From IMG/VR virus record IMGVR_UViG_3300038797_000099, positions 1 through 52,892 of that record: 52,892 nucleotides of DNA; one strand, 5' to 3'. Below are positions 16,997 to 25,709 of the stretch, piece by piece; the first letter of the stretch is position 1, and the number at the start of each line of letters is the position of its first letter. The translations under genes were made by a program, and so were the position numbers. The notes under the pieces were generated by a model. The model was not told the origin of the DNA, did not search any database, and was given only the letters and a program-made list of their open reading frames with translations. The stretch is from a virus (lineage: Duplodnaviria > Caudoviricetes).

Positions 16997-17785
16997 TTAT
17001 CGAGAGTACATCGCCCACCAAAACACATGGCCCAGAATAGAAATCTGCTGCTCCTTGATCTGCTCGAAAGTGTAGTCCTCATCCGGGTGCTCGTCCCGGT
17101 TGAAGCTACGCAGGCGAATGCCGATAGGGATGCGATAGACCTGTTTTACGCGGAGCTGGCCGTTGTGGTTTATGGCGTACATCTCACCGTCGACGATATC
17201 GCTCAGCGAGTTTTTCCCAACGTTCACGCCGACCGTGGCGCCGTCGCGCAGCACAGGCACCATGCTGTTACCGCCAACCTTCACGCACTTCGCGTTGCTG
17301 AACTGGACGCCGTTATGGCGCAAGTCCTTCTTGTTGAAGCGCAGGCGCGAGTTAGCGCTTTCCTCAATCGCAAACCTGCCTGATCCGGCCGCCAGCTCCA
17401 CTTCATGAAGGAAGGGGACGTACACCTCATCGTCATCGAGCGGAGTTTCGTCGTCCCAAGTCTCGATGCTTCCTAATTTTACGCTTGGCTGTATGCGGTC
17501 CTGCTGCACGCTGGCAACAGTGGATAACAGTCGAGAGCTGACCTCGCTTGCATCGAAGTTGAGCGCCTTTGCGAGCTTCAGCAGCGCTTCCACATTTAGT
17601 GGCACCTTCCCGGTGGCGTATTGGCTGAATGCGCTTTGCCCAGACCATCCGCACGCCTCTGCAACATCCGCCTGCGTCAGGCTGCGTCCCGCAGCTTTTG
17701 CAGCTGATTTCCGCTGTTCGTAGATAGCCTTGAGCCTGGCGCTCTCGGCGACTTCTTCGGGGGTAAGGGGGCGGCGTATTTTCAT
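16997..17785 (-). CDS. cI: CI-like repressor (HTH + S24 autopeptidase)
   Basis: LTQADVAEACG HTH; AAG cleavage site; GNSM serine, RVK lysine. Confidence 0.93.
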   Translation of the reverse strand: MKIRRPLTPEEVAESARLKAIYEQRKSAAKAAGRSLTQADVAEACGWSGQSAFSQYATGKVPLNVEALLKLAKALNFDASEVSSRLLSTVASVQQDRIQPSVKLGSIETWDDETPLDDDEVYVPFLHEVELAAGSGRFAIEESANSRLRFNKKDLRHNGVQFSNAKCVKVGGNSMVPVLRDGATVGVNVGKNSLSDIVDGEMYAINHNGQLRVKQVYRIPIGIRLRSFNRDEHPDEDYTFEQIKEQQISILGHVFWWAMYSR

Positions 17786-17797
17786 ACTGACAAGAGT

Positions 17798-17871
17798 ATT
17801 AGCAGAGCTGATACCCGCGCAAATAGCGCTGCTAGTATTTTGTTGCTGATAAAAAGCAGCGCTGCTACTAT
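17798..17871 (+). promoter_or_regulatory. OR operators and pR promoter
   Basis: Three AGCAGCGCTGCT-like sites (~17800, ~17822, 17855); TTGCTG-17-TACTAT. Confidence 0.8.
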
Positions 17872-17901
17872 CCATGGCAGATATCAAGCCGTGGAAATTC
17901 C

Positions 17902-18105
17902 ATGAAAAAGATCCCTTTGAGCAAATACTTAGAAGAGCACGGCACTCAAGCCGCGCTTGCTGCTGCTCTCGGCGTGAACCAGAGCGCGATCTCGCAAATG
18001 GTTCGAGCCGGCAGAAGCATTGAAATCACTCTGTATGACGACGGGCGCATTGAGGCGAACGAAATTCGCCCGATACCTGCGCGTCCGAAACGCACAGCAG
18101 CTTGA
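17902..18105 (+). CDS. cro: Cro-like repressor
   Basis: GTQAALAAALGVNQSAISQ HTH, divergent from cI. Confidence 0.9.
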   Translation: MKKIPLSKYLEEHGTQAALAAALGVNQSAISQMVRAGRSIEITLYDDGRIEANEIRPIPARPKRTAA

Positions 18106-18185
18106 AACATCATTGCTGACTGCTTGAACAAATGATCGCCCACGCACTGGCAGGGCGCCACGGAAACAAATTTGAGGTTTTACGA

Positions 18186-18608
18186 ATGGAAGATTTTCTG
18201 CGGGCCTGCCAGAGCGCTGTACTAGACAACGAAGCCAAAACCCTTGCTGCAAAGATGGGCGTTCCTCATGTCGGCCTGCTTCAGCGTGCAAATCCAGAAA
18301 ATGAAGCTCACCGCCTGACCGTGGAGCATTTGTTCGGAATTTTGCTGCATACCGGCGACATGCGCCCTCTGGCAGCACTGGCGAGCGACTTCGGTTTCGA
18401 ACTCGTGGCGAAAGCCGCACCGGAGCCACAAGCGTTGACCAAATCGTTGATCAACGTCGGCAAAGAGGTCGCCGATCTGACCATCGCGGTGCACCAGGCG
18501 CTGGATGACAACCACGTCAGCGCTTTTGAGAAAAACTTGATCCGCCAAGAGATCAACCACGTTCGGCAGAGCCTCGACGTGATGGATGCCTCGGTGAAGG
18601 CAGCCTGA
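18186..18608 (+). CDS. CII-like phage regulatory protein
   Basis: Position after cro; LAAKMGV..LLQRANP..HRLT pattern. Confidence 0.75.
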   Translation: MEDFLRACQSAVLDNEAKTLAAKMGVPHVGLLQRANPENEAHRLTVEHLFGILLHTGDMRPLAALASDFGFELVAKAAPEPQALTKSLINVGKEVADLTIAVHQALDDNHVSAFEKNLIRQEINHVRQSLDVMDASVKAA

Positions 18609-18617
18609 ATCCCAGGC

Positions 18618-18663
18618 ACAAAAAAGCCGACGGAGAAGGTCGGCTGATTCGCAAAACTAGAGA
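18618..18663 (-). ncRNA. Predicted ~45-nt antisense RNA to antirepressor 5' UTR
   Basis: Minus-strand TTGCTG-17-CATAAT promoter (18698-18670) plus minus-strand terminator AGCCGAC..GTCGGCTTTTTT. Confidence 0.5.
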
Positions 18664-18672
18664 GGCCCGATT

Positions 18673-19524
18673 ATGCAGAGCCAGCCAAATTCCAGCAATA
18701 CCCCGAACAATGTCGCGACACGTTTTAACAAATCGCAAAACGTGTCGTGTGCCAAATCAGTAATTCCTTTCGACTTTGATGGCGGCGCCATCCGCGTCAT
18801 CACCGACGAGCTCGGCGATCCATGGTTTGTTGCCCGTGATGTAGCCGACGCCTTGGGTTATGCCAAGCCAGAGAACGCGATCTCCCGTCACTGCAAGGCC
18901 GCGACCACTACCCCGAAACAGGGTGGTGGATTCATGACGGTTATTCCTGAGCGCGATGTCTACCGACTGGTGATGCGCTCCAAGCTTGTCGGCGCCGAGC
19001 GCTTCGAAGAATGGGTGGTTGGCGAGGTGCTGCCGAGCATTCGCAAAACCGGGAAGTTCGAAGCCTCCAGCCCTAGCAGTTCGAAGGTTGTCGGGGAATT
19101 GGCGCTAATGGAGTGCTATACGCGCCTCCTAAAGCCGTCGCCCTCAAGCCAAGTGATGATGCTGGCGAAGATCGCCACCAACAACGGTCTGGAGTCGAGC
19201 TTCCTGCCGGCCTACGCGATCGATGCCGCGCCAGATGCCACTGGTGGCGGCTCGATCCCGACGAAGGCTGTCACCGCGTTGATCAAGGAAAACGGCATTG
19301 CTTGCACAACGCGGGCGTTCAACCTTGCTCTTGAAGCCCACGGTTTCCTCCAGCAGCTCCAGCGCAAAAACTCCAAGCATGAAATGGTCGACTTCTGGTC
19401 GGTGACTGACAAGGGCCTAGCCTACGGCAAGAACCTCACCAGTCCTCAATGCCCCCGCGAGACACAGCCTCACTGGTACGTGGATCGTTTCCCTGAATTG
19501 GCCAAACTGGTCGGGAAGGCCTGA
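18673..19524 (+). CDS. Bro-N / KilAC-type antirepressor
   Basis: PWFVARDVADALGY, FEEWVVGEVLPSIRKTG; C-terminal VTDKGLAYG. Confidence 0.88.
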   Translation: MQSQPNSSNTPNNVATRFNKSQNVSCAKSVIPFDFDGGAIRVITDELGDPWFVARDVADALGYAKPENAISRHCKAATTTPKQGGGFMTVIPERDVYRLVMRSKLVGAERFEEWVVGEVLPSIRKTGKFEASSPSSSKVVGELALMECYTRLLKPSPSSQVMMLAKIATNNGLESSFLPAYAIDAAPDATGGGSIPTKAVTALIKENGIACTTRAFNLALEAHGFLQQLQRKNSKHEMVDFWSVTDKGLAYGKNLTSPQCPRETQPHWYVDRFPELAKLVGKA

Positions 19525-19525
19525 T

Positions 19526-20509
19526 ATGCAATTCACCGTCACGATCAATCAGGTGAAGGCGTTGGAGTGGGGGCTGAATTCTCAGCAGGCCCTGCTGTTC
19601 GCCTTCGTCTACGGCTGCCCGAGCTGGACCAAGCCAATCAAGACTGACGACGGGATCTTCTTCGCGCTAAGCAAGGCCAAGATCATCGAGGAGCTGCCGC
19701 TGCTCACTGACAAGCCAGACACTGCTTACCGCATGCTGAAGGCCCTAGAAGAGGCCGGTCTGATTGAGCTTTCCAGCACTTCGAACATCACCCTGTTTCG
19801 TCTGACCGAGAAGGCGATCGAGTGGAATCAGAAACTGGATGGGTCGGAAAAATATCCGACCCCACCAAAGAACGAAGGTCGGAAAAAAATCCGATCTACC
19901 TCGGAAAAAAATCCGAGCAAGGTCGGAGAAAAATCCGAACAAGGGTCGGAAAAATCTCCGACAAATCAGGATACCAATCATCAGGGTACCAATCAGGATA
20001 CCAGTCAGGATACCAGTCAGGACTTGCAAGGCAGCCCGGACAAGCCGGCCCGCAACTTGGTGCTGGTGGTTGATCGCACCGATACGCCACGGGTTGAGAT
20101 TCCCGCCGACATGCCAGGCCCAAAAGATCAGTCCTGCAAAACCTTCAAGGTCTGGGCGAACTACGCCATGGCCTACCGCAAGCGCTACAGCACCTGGCCC
20201 GTGTGGAACGCCAAGGTCGGTGGACAACTCGGCCAACTGGTCGATCGCCTCGGCGCCGATGTCGCCCATCACGTCGCCGCCCACTTCCTGAAAACCAGCG
20301 ATGCCGCTGTACTCCGCAAGTGCCACAGCCTCAACGAGCTGCTGGCCAACGCCGAGAGCTATCACACCCAGTGGGTGACCGGGCAGCGCATCAACGGAAC
20401 AACCGCGCGCCAGATGGAACGTACCGAAGCGAACGTCTCCGCCGCCGAGCAGGCCGCGCAAATGGTCTTGGCCAAGCGCCAAGCAGGGGAGCGCAATGAA
20501 TACCTTTGA
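19526..20509 (+). CDS. Replication initiator (lambda O-like, wHTH)
   Basis: N-terminal wHTH, internal iterons, position. Confidence 0.85.
   Translation: MQFTVTINQVKALEWGLNSQQALLFAFVYGCPSWTKPIKTDDGIFFALSKAKIIEELPLLTDKPDTAYRMLKALEEAGLIELSSTSNITLFRLTEKAIEWNQKLDGSEKYPTPPKNEGRKKIRSTSEKNPSKVGEKSEQGSEKSPTNQDTNHQGTNQDTSQDTSQDLQGSPDKPARNLVLVVDRTDTPRVEIPADMPGPKDQSCKTFKVWANYAMAYRKRYSTWPVWNAKVGGQLGQLVDRLGADVAHHVAAHFLKTSDAAVLRKCHSLNELLANAESYHTQWVTGQRINGTTARQMERTEANVSAAEQAAQMVLAKRQAGERNEYL
19844..20022. repeat. Replication origin: five TCGGA-N6-TCCGA iterons plus 12-bp TCAGGATACCAR tandem repeats
   Basis: Iterons at 19844, 19879, 19901, 19923, 19946; tandem repeats 19966-20022. Confidence 0.85.
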
Positions 20510-21302
20510 AATGAACGACCAGCAGGTTGCCGGGCTTGCTGCAGCGATCTGCGCCACCGCTGAGGCCATGGGTCAGGAAATGAACCCAGGCACCGCGGCG
20601 ATCATGGCCGAAGACCTTTGCGCTTACCCGGTACCGGTCGTGAAAGCCGCGCTGAAGGCCTGCCGCTTTGAAGTGAGAGGCAAGTTGGCAATGGCTGACA
20701 TTCTCCAGCGAGTTCAGATCGCCGACGGGCGCCCGGGCAAGGACGAGGCCTGGGCGATCGCGATGACCACCAACGATGAATTCGAAACCGTGGTGCTGAC
20801 TGACGAGATCCAGCTCGCACTTGCAGCGGCGAAACCTGTCCTCGACGCCGGCGACAAGGTCGGCGCGCGCATGGCGTTCAACAGTGCTTACGAGCGGCTG
20901 GTGGGGCAGGCCCGGGAGGACAGCAAGGAAGTGAACTGGCATGTGTCGGTCGGCTTCGACGCCAACCGCCGCACACAAGCGATCACCAAGGCCGTGCAGA
21001 TGCAGCGAATCCCTCAGGAGCGCGCTCAGCAGTACCTTGCCGACTTGAGTGTCGTGCCGGTCACTGAAGACGGTCGGGCCGTCGTAGCGCTGCTCACCGG
21101 TGAGGTTGCCCGGCCTTCGCCGAAACTGCGCGAGAAGCTCGCCGTGGTCAAGGATTCGATGCTCGCCATGCGCCAAGCATCAGCCGAGGAAAAAACAGAA
21201 ATGCGAATTCAGGCAGCCAATGAGTTGGCGGATCGCCGGGCGCTGCTCATTCAGCAGGCCGAACAATTGGAAGCAAGAGTGCGGCTCAATGAGTATCGAT
21301 AA
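20496..21302 (+). CDS. Putative replication protein P-position (helicase loader-like)
   Basis: Overlaps initiator; DGRPGKDEAWA motif. Confidence 0.65.
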   Translation: MNTFEMNDQQVAGLAAAICATAEAMGQEMNPGTAAIMAEDLCAYPVPVVKAALKACRFEVRGKLAMADILQRVQIADGRPGKDEAWAIAMTTNDEFETVVLTDEIQLALAAAKPVLDAGDKVGARMAFNSAYERLVGQAREDSKEVNWHVSVGFDANRRTQAITKAVQMQRIPQERAQQYLADLSVVPVTEDGRAVVALLTGEVARPSPKLREKLAVVKDSMLAMRQASAEEKTEMRIQAANELADRRALLIQQAEQLEARVRLNEYR

Positions 21303-21747
21303 ACAAAAACTCCAGAAGCTGCTGTGGGCAGAAGCCGCGTCGTACCGTGCCGACTGTGCAGACTGGAAGCGCAACACCGAGGCGCTGCAGGAATTCCTCG
21401 GGGAGAAGACCGTAGAGGAGGTGGCGCTGGAGCTGCTGGGCGAGAACGTGGCGCTGATCGGGCCTCATGACTGGCTGGCACAAGATCTGATCAAGGAGCT
21501 GGTCGATAACGCGCAGTCTTTTCAGGAAAACTCCGGCGAAGAGGGAGAGAACCAATTCGTAACTGTGCTGCTGGCAGCCGCAGGGCGCATACGCCGTCAA
21601 GAAATGAATACCGGAAAGCTTAAATCAGAGATCGAGGCTCTGCGCAAAGCGCTCTCCACCATCCGTGATGAATCAAGCGATCTTGGCGCCTGTGAATGCG
21701 CCGCCGATGCGCTGGCCAGCTCCCTGAAGGAGTCTCGCGATGACTGA
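21289..21747 (+). CDS. Hypothetical nin-region protein
   Basis: ATG 21289 (MSIDKQKL). Confidence 0.65.
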   Translation: MSIDKQKLQKLLWAEAASYRADCADWKRNTEALQEFLGEKTVEEVALELLGENVALIGPHDWLAQDLIKELVDNAQSFQENSGEEGENQFVTVLLAAAGRIRRQEMNTGKLKSEIEALRKALSTIRDESSDLGACECAADALASSLKESRDD

Positions 21748-22210
21748 CCGAATCAGCGTCAACTGCCAGGCCAAACTCTCCGAGGCCATTACCGCGCTCA
21801 GCACCATGTTCCGCGACAAGAAGTTCGTCGTCGTGTCGCTGCGACCGGGCAAAGACCGCACGCTCGACCAAAACCGCCTGTGGTTCGCGATGTACAAGCG
21901 CATCGCGGAAATGACCCAGATCGGCGATGAGGCTGAAGCCCGTCGCTACTGCAAGCTGCACATCGGCGTGCAAATCCTTCTGAACGAGGATGCCGGGTTT
22001 CAGGCTGAGTGGTACCGGGTGATGCGTCATCTGCCGTACGAAACCAAGCTCGACATGATGGGCGGGTGCCACCTGTTCGGGCCGGACGGCTTCCCGGTGA
22101 CCAGTCTGTTCAATCGTTCCCAGGGCATTGCCTACACCGACCGCATTGTCGCGCGCTTCGCACCGCAGGGCGTGTACTTCGATGATTTGCTGAGCCAGGA
22201 GGCCGCATGA
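21740..22210 (+). CDS. NinB-like protein
   Basis: RTLDQNRLWFAM motif, precedes ninG. Confidence 0.65.
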   Translation: MTDRISVNCQAKLSEAITALSTMFRDKKFVVVSLRPGKDRTLDQNRLWFAMYKRIAEMTQIGDEAEARRYCKLHIGVQILLNEDAGFQAEWYRVMRHLPYETKLDMMGGCHLFGPDGFPVTSLFNRSQGIAYTDRIVARFAPQGVYFDDLLSQEAA

Positions 22211-22809
22211 CGATTGAACGGAAGCAGCCCAAACCGAAGAAATGCCGAGTCGCTACTTGCAGGGCCTCATTTGTCCCATCGCGGATGGGGCAGGCGGTTT
22301 GCAGCCCGGCCTGCGCGGCCATCGATGCACCGCGCCACATGGAGAAAGCCCGCAAGGCCATTGCCCAGCGCGACCGCCGCGAGATCCAGGTACGCAAGGA
22401 GAAGCTGAAGAGCAGGGCGGATCACCTGCGCGAAGCACAGGCCGCCGTGAACGAGTACGTCCGCCTGCGTGACGCGCACCTGCCTTGCATCAGCTGCGAC
22501 TCGATGCCGAACGACAACGACCTCATGACCGGCAGCCGCTGGGACGCCGGCCACTACCGATCTGTCGGTGCGTGTCCCGAGCTTCGCTTCGAGCCGCTGA
22601 ACATTCACCGCCAGTGCGTGAAGTGCAACCGCAACCTGTCCGGCAACGCTGTCGAGTACCGCATCCGGTTGGTGCTGCGCATCGGCGCCGAAACCGTGGC
22701 ATGGCTTGAAGGGCCTCATGAGTCCCGCAAGTACACCGTCGAAGAAATCAAAACCATCAAGGCCGAATACCGGGCCAAGACCCGAGAACTGAAGAGGGCT
22801 GCAGCATGA
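22207..22809 (+). CDS. ninG: NinG/Rap endonuclease
   Basis: CSPACA, YVRLRD..PCISC, DAGHYRS, NIHRQCVKCN. Confidence 0.92.
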   Translation: MTIERKQPKPKKCRVATCRASFVPSRMGQAVCSPACAAIDAPRHMEKARKAIAQRDRREIQVRKEKLKSRADHLREAQAAVNEYVRLRDAHLPCISCDSMPNDNDLMTGSRWDAGHYRSVGACPELRFEPLNIHRQCVKCNRNLSGNAVEYRIRLVLRIGAETVAWLEGPHESRKYTVEEIKTIKAEYRAKTRELKRAAA

Positions 22810-23501
22810 TCTATCCAAGCGTTCTGAACGCAGTTGTTTCGGCCCTCGCGGCTGAGGCGATCGACAACACCAGCAAGCAGGCGTGGCAGAAGCTGTACAA
22901 CTCTGCCGACGAGGATGAGGGTGGCGATCTGGCGACTCTGGTCCGTTCCCGTGGTGCCGACAGCATCGACCGCACTCAGGTTGATTGCTGGGTATCCGCC
23001 CGGCTGCACAGCGCACTCGAGCAGAAGCATTGGGATGCGCTGGTGGCGAAGTACAGCACCCACAAGGGACGCAAGGTGCAAGCCATTGCGGCAATGCAGG
23101 CCCAGATCAACACGCCGGCGCCGAAGCTGTTCCTGTTCAAGGCGACCACTGCCTGGGCTATCCCGCAGCTGAAGGGCGCGCGACCGAAGGTGGCGACGTC
23201 CGTATCCGTCGAGATCCCGATCGATGCGCCAGAGTGGCGCCGTGAGGCTGTGGTGAAGGCTGCGCTGGCTGCCGGCCAAGCGAAGGTCAAGCGCGATGCA
23301 TCCCGATCCGCCGACATGATCGTGCTCAAGGACAGCTTTTATGACATGAACACTTGGGAAAACGACGGCACGCCGGAGTCAACACGCCGCCGGTGGCGTC
23401 AGGATATCGGCAAGGCTGCTGATGACCTGGTAAACGAGGCGCTGGCACACGCCGCCGACATTCTCGGAGGCGAAGGTTTGCTGATTGAACAAGCTGCGTG
23501 A
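22806..23501 (+). CDS. Late antiterminator/activator (Q-position)
   Basis: Follows ninG and precedes pR'/tR'; family not confidently recognised. Confidence 0.6.
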   Translation: MIYPSVLNAVVSALAAEAIDNTSKQAWQKLYNSADEDEGGDLATLVRSRGADSIDRTQVDCWVSARLHSALEQKHWDALVAKYSTHKGRKVQAIAAMQAQINTPAPKLFLFKATTAWAIPQLKGARPKVATSVSVEIPIDAPEWRREAVVKAALAAGQAKVKRDASRSADMIVLKDSFYDMNTWENDGTPESTRRRWRQDIGKAADDLVNEALAHAADILGGEGLLIEQAA

Positions 23502-23508
23502 TTGCCTG

Positions 23509-23540
23509 TTGACATCAGTGAGCGAATGAGCGAAATTAAT
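23509..23540 (+). promoter_or_regulatory. Late promoter pR' with tandem TGAGCGAA repeats
   Basis: TTGACA at 23509; repeats at 23519 and 23527; AT-rich -10 region. Confidence 0.65.
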
Positions 23541-23582
23541 CCCATCCTGTTATTCCTGCGCGTATCGAGGAGTGACAAACGA

Positions 23583-23609
23583 AACCCGGCCACCGCGCCG
23601 GGTTTTTTT
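23583..23609 (+). terminator. tR'-like terminator
   Basis: AACCCGGC-CACCGC-GCCGGGTTTTTTT. Confidence 0.85.
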
Positions 23610-23835
23610 ATGGAATCTCAACAAACGTGACGTCGGTATACCCGGCATCTTGGCAAAGAGACTTCCACGTCTGCGGTGTTTCATCCTCCGCCTGATCATT
23701 TGAATGAGAGAGGTAGAAGCGTGAAGCCACGAGACGCCACTCTTCGTGATCGTAAAAATTCTCAGTTTGTACGCTGAACGTGTTTCTCTCGCCGTTCTTG
23801 GTGTAGCTGATTTCAAAGGTTCGTAACTTCGGCAT
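23608..23835 (-). CDS. Hypothetical moron
   Basis: MPKLRTFEI..., 75 aa, opposite strand after tR'. Confidence 0.6.
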   Translation of the reverse strand: MPKLRTFEISYTKNGERNTFSVQTENFYDHEEWRLVASRFYLSHSNDQAEDETPQTWKSLCQDAGYTDVTFVEIP

Positions 23836-23946
23836 TCTTCCCTCGCTGGTGTTGCCATTTGAATGGCTGAAATCCAAATCTAGTACAAGAGCTCGCTTCT
23901 AGGCGGGCTTTTTTATTGCCTTGAATTAAACCTTCTGGAGGTGCGC

Positions 23947-24111
23947 GTGAAGCTGAAAGCCAAGAGCAATCTGCTGGATCGCGCCAGAACGGCGTGGGAG
24001 GCAATCGCACGCCAAGTTGGCGAGACCGATTTCTCGCGCCATCCGCGCACCGGAGAGTATCTGCACCCCGGTGTCGCCATGGGTTGGCGCATCCACAAAA
24101 AGAATCTGTAG
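23947..24111 (+). CDS. Small hypothetical protein (54 aa)
   Basis: GGAGG SD, GTG start, MKLKAKSNLL... Confidence 0.55.
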   Translation: MKLKAKSNLLDRARTAWEAIARQVGETDFSRHPRTGEYLHPGVAMGWRIHKKNL

Positions 24112-24116
24112 TTTTA

Positions 24117-24348
24117 CCTGTAGCCAGGACAGCCCTCGGGAAGGCCTGGACGTCGATAGCCGGATAGTGCGACGCACGGATCAACGCCGGCAGCCCGCGC
24201 ACTCTGACCTCACAATGCTTTCAGGGTGGCGCGAGACAGGAACAGCGAGATCGATGCAAAGGGGCGTCGACGCTGGGATGGTCTTTGGCCGACAGCTCGG
24301 AAAGACGAGCGCACCTATTCAGGGCCTCTGCATTCGCTGAGGCTTTTT
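24117..24348 (+). ncRNA. Candidate structured RNA in late leader
   Basis: CCTGT/ACAGG closes three hairpins; further hairpins and a terminator follow. Confidence 0.45.
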
Positions 24349-24449
24349 CGTTTTCGGCTCCCCACACCCATAGCCCCGAGCTGGGAGTGCAGCGGACGCC
24401 GACCTATTTGTGCTGGCCTGACGGGTCAGCTTTTCATGATGGAGTTGCG

Positions 24450-24821
24450 ATGGATCCTACTGACCTCGGCCCAGGCACAGCTACCTGGCTGGGCGGTACG
24501 GGCCTCACTCTCTTCGGTGGCTTCCTCTGGTTGCGTAAGTTCCTCTCGAAGGATGCTGCTGACAGGGCGATGGATAACGCCGACATCTTCACGCTTCGCC
24601 GGCTGAATGAGCTGCTGGACTCCGAGCGTGTAGCGCGAAAGGAGGCTGAAGCCCGCGCTGACCAGTTTGCCAAAGAGCGCAACGAGCTTGCCGCTGCAGT
24701 AGGGCGGATGGAGGGGAAGATCGAAGCCCTCACCAGTCAAGTCGCACAGCTCACCGCCACAGTTACCTCGCAGAGCGAAGAGATCGCCCGCCTGCGTACC
24801 AAGCTGGGAGACATGAACTGA
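24450..24821 (+). CDS. Holin-position membrane protein (TM + coiled coil)
   Basis: MDPTDLGPG..TM..; GGAG SD; first lysis-cassette gene. Confidence 0.65.
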   Translation: MDPTDLGPGTATWLGGTGLTLFGGFLWLRKFLSKDAADRAMDNADIFTLRRLNELLDSERVARKEAEARADQFAKERNELAAAVGRMEGKIEALTSQVAQLTATVTSQSEEIARLRTKLGDMN

Positions 24822-25159
24822 TGGACAGATGCGCAATGGAATTCATCGCTCGCCGCTGGTGGCGGCGGGCAGAGATCTGGGTGATCGCCGCACTGCTGCT
24901 CGCCGGCGGCTTGATCCTCGGATACCAGGCTGGCGTGTGGTCAGCCAGCAGTGAGCAGACCAAGCAGCTCGCCGAGGTGCGCGCCGCGTACGACGCTGCG
25001 CTGGGCAAGCGTGATGTTCGCCTCAACAGTCTGGCCGAAAAGACGCAGGACGCGGCAGTAAAGGTGCAAGAGGCATCGAACTCAGCAGTCCAGGCCGCCG
25101 ACACGGCGAGCAAGGCGGCGGAGAAGGTCAACGAAGCCGTAGAGCGGCAGGCCCCGTGA
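24821..25159 (+). CDS. Membrane-anchored coiled-coil protein (lysis cassette)
   Basis: Single TM then coiled coil; TGATG coupling. Confidence 0.65.
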   Translation: MDRCAMEFIARRWWRRAEIWVIAALLLAGGLILGYQAGVWSASSEQTKQLAEVRAAYDAALGKRDVRLNSLAEKTQDAAVKVQEASNSAVQAADTASKAAEKVNEAVERQAP

Positions 25160-25656
25160 ACGCGTTGCTGAAGCTGGTCCCAGCGTGGGTGTGGGTAATG
25201 CTGGCAGCGCTCGCAGCCGTTGGGTACCTGTCGCTTCGACTCGATAGCGTAAAGGACGATCGAGCAGCCATCACCGCCGAGCGCGACACCGCCACAGCCC
25301 GCGTGGGCTCGCTCACCAACACGCTCCGCATTCAGCGCGAGATCACCAATGACATCAATCGAGTCTCCGACGATGCGAAAGCCAAAACTGAGCATGTGTC
25401 GGCTGCCGTTGTTGTTGCTGATAACCGGGCTCGCAGCCTGCAGCAGCAAATCGCCGACCTCCTCGCCAAGCGAAAGTCTTGTGCTGCCGAGGTTGCCAGC
25501 GGAAGCCAGGCAAGAGCCGACCTTACCGTTCTGCTCGCCGACCTGCGTAGAAGCGCTGACGAAGAAGCGGGAAGACTGGCAGAAGCGCTTGACCGAAGCC
25601 GAATAGCCGGCTTTGCGTGTGAGGCTGCATACGCTGCTGCACAGAAGAGCAAGTAG
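25156..25656 (+). CDS. i-spanin (Rz-like, DUF2514-like)
   Basis: N-terminal TM, coiled coil, C-terminal DRSRIAGFACEAAY. Confidence 0.8.
   Translation: MNALLKLVPAWVWVMLAALAAVGYLSLRLDSVKDDRAAITAERDTATARVGSLTNTLRIQREITNDINRVSDDAKAKTEHVSAAVVVADNRARSLQQQIADLLAKRKSCAAEVASGSQARADLTVLLADLRRSADEEAGRLAEALDRSRIAGFACEAAYAAAQKSK
25373..25606 (+). CDS. Embedded o-spanin (Rz1-like lipoprotein)
   Basis: Alternative frame inside Rz; LLLLITGLAAC lipobox followed by Pro/Ser-rich tract. Confidence 0.7.
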   Translation: MRKPKLSMCRLPLLLLITGLAACSSKSPTSSPSESLVLPRLPAEARQEPTLPFCSPTCVEALTKKREDWQKRLTEAE

Positions 25657-25709
25657 GTCGCGACACGTTTCGCGAGAGTGCAAATTGTGTCGCGACACTG
25701 GAGAAGGGC

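Noticed and set aside
19844-20022. Repeats as a possible CRISPR mini-array
   Set aside because: Spacers too short, repeats lie in the initiator coding sequence, no cas genes; fits iterons
24117-24240. Possible tRNA
   Set aside because: No canonical T-loop, D-loop or CCA end
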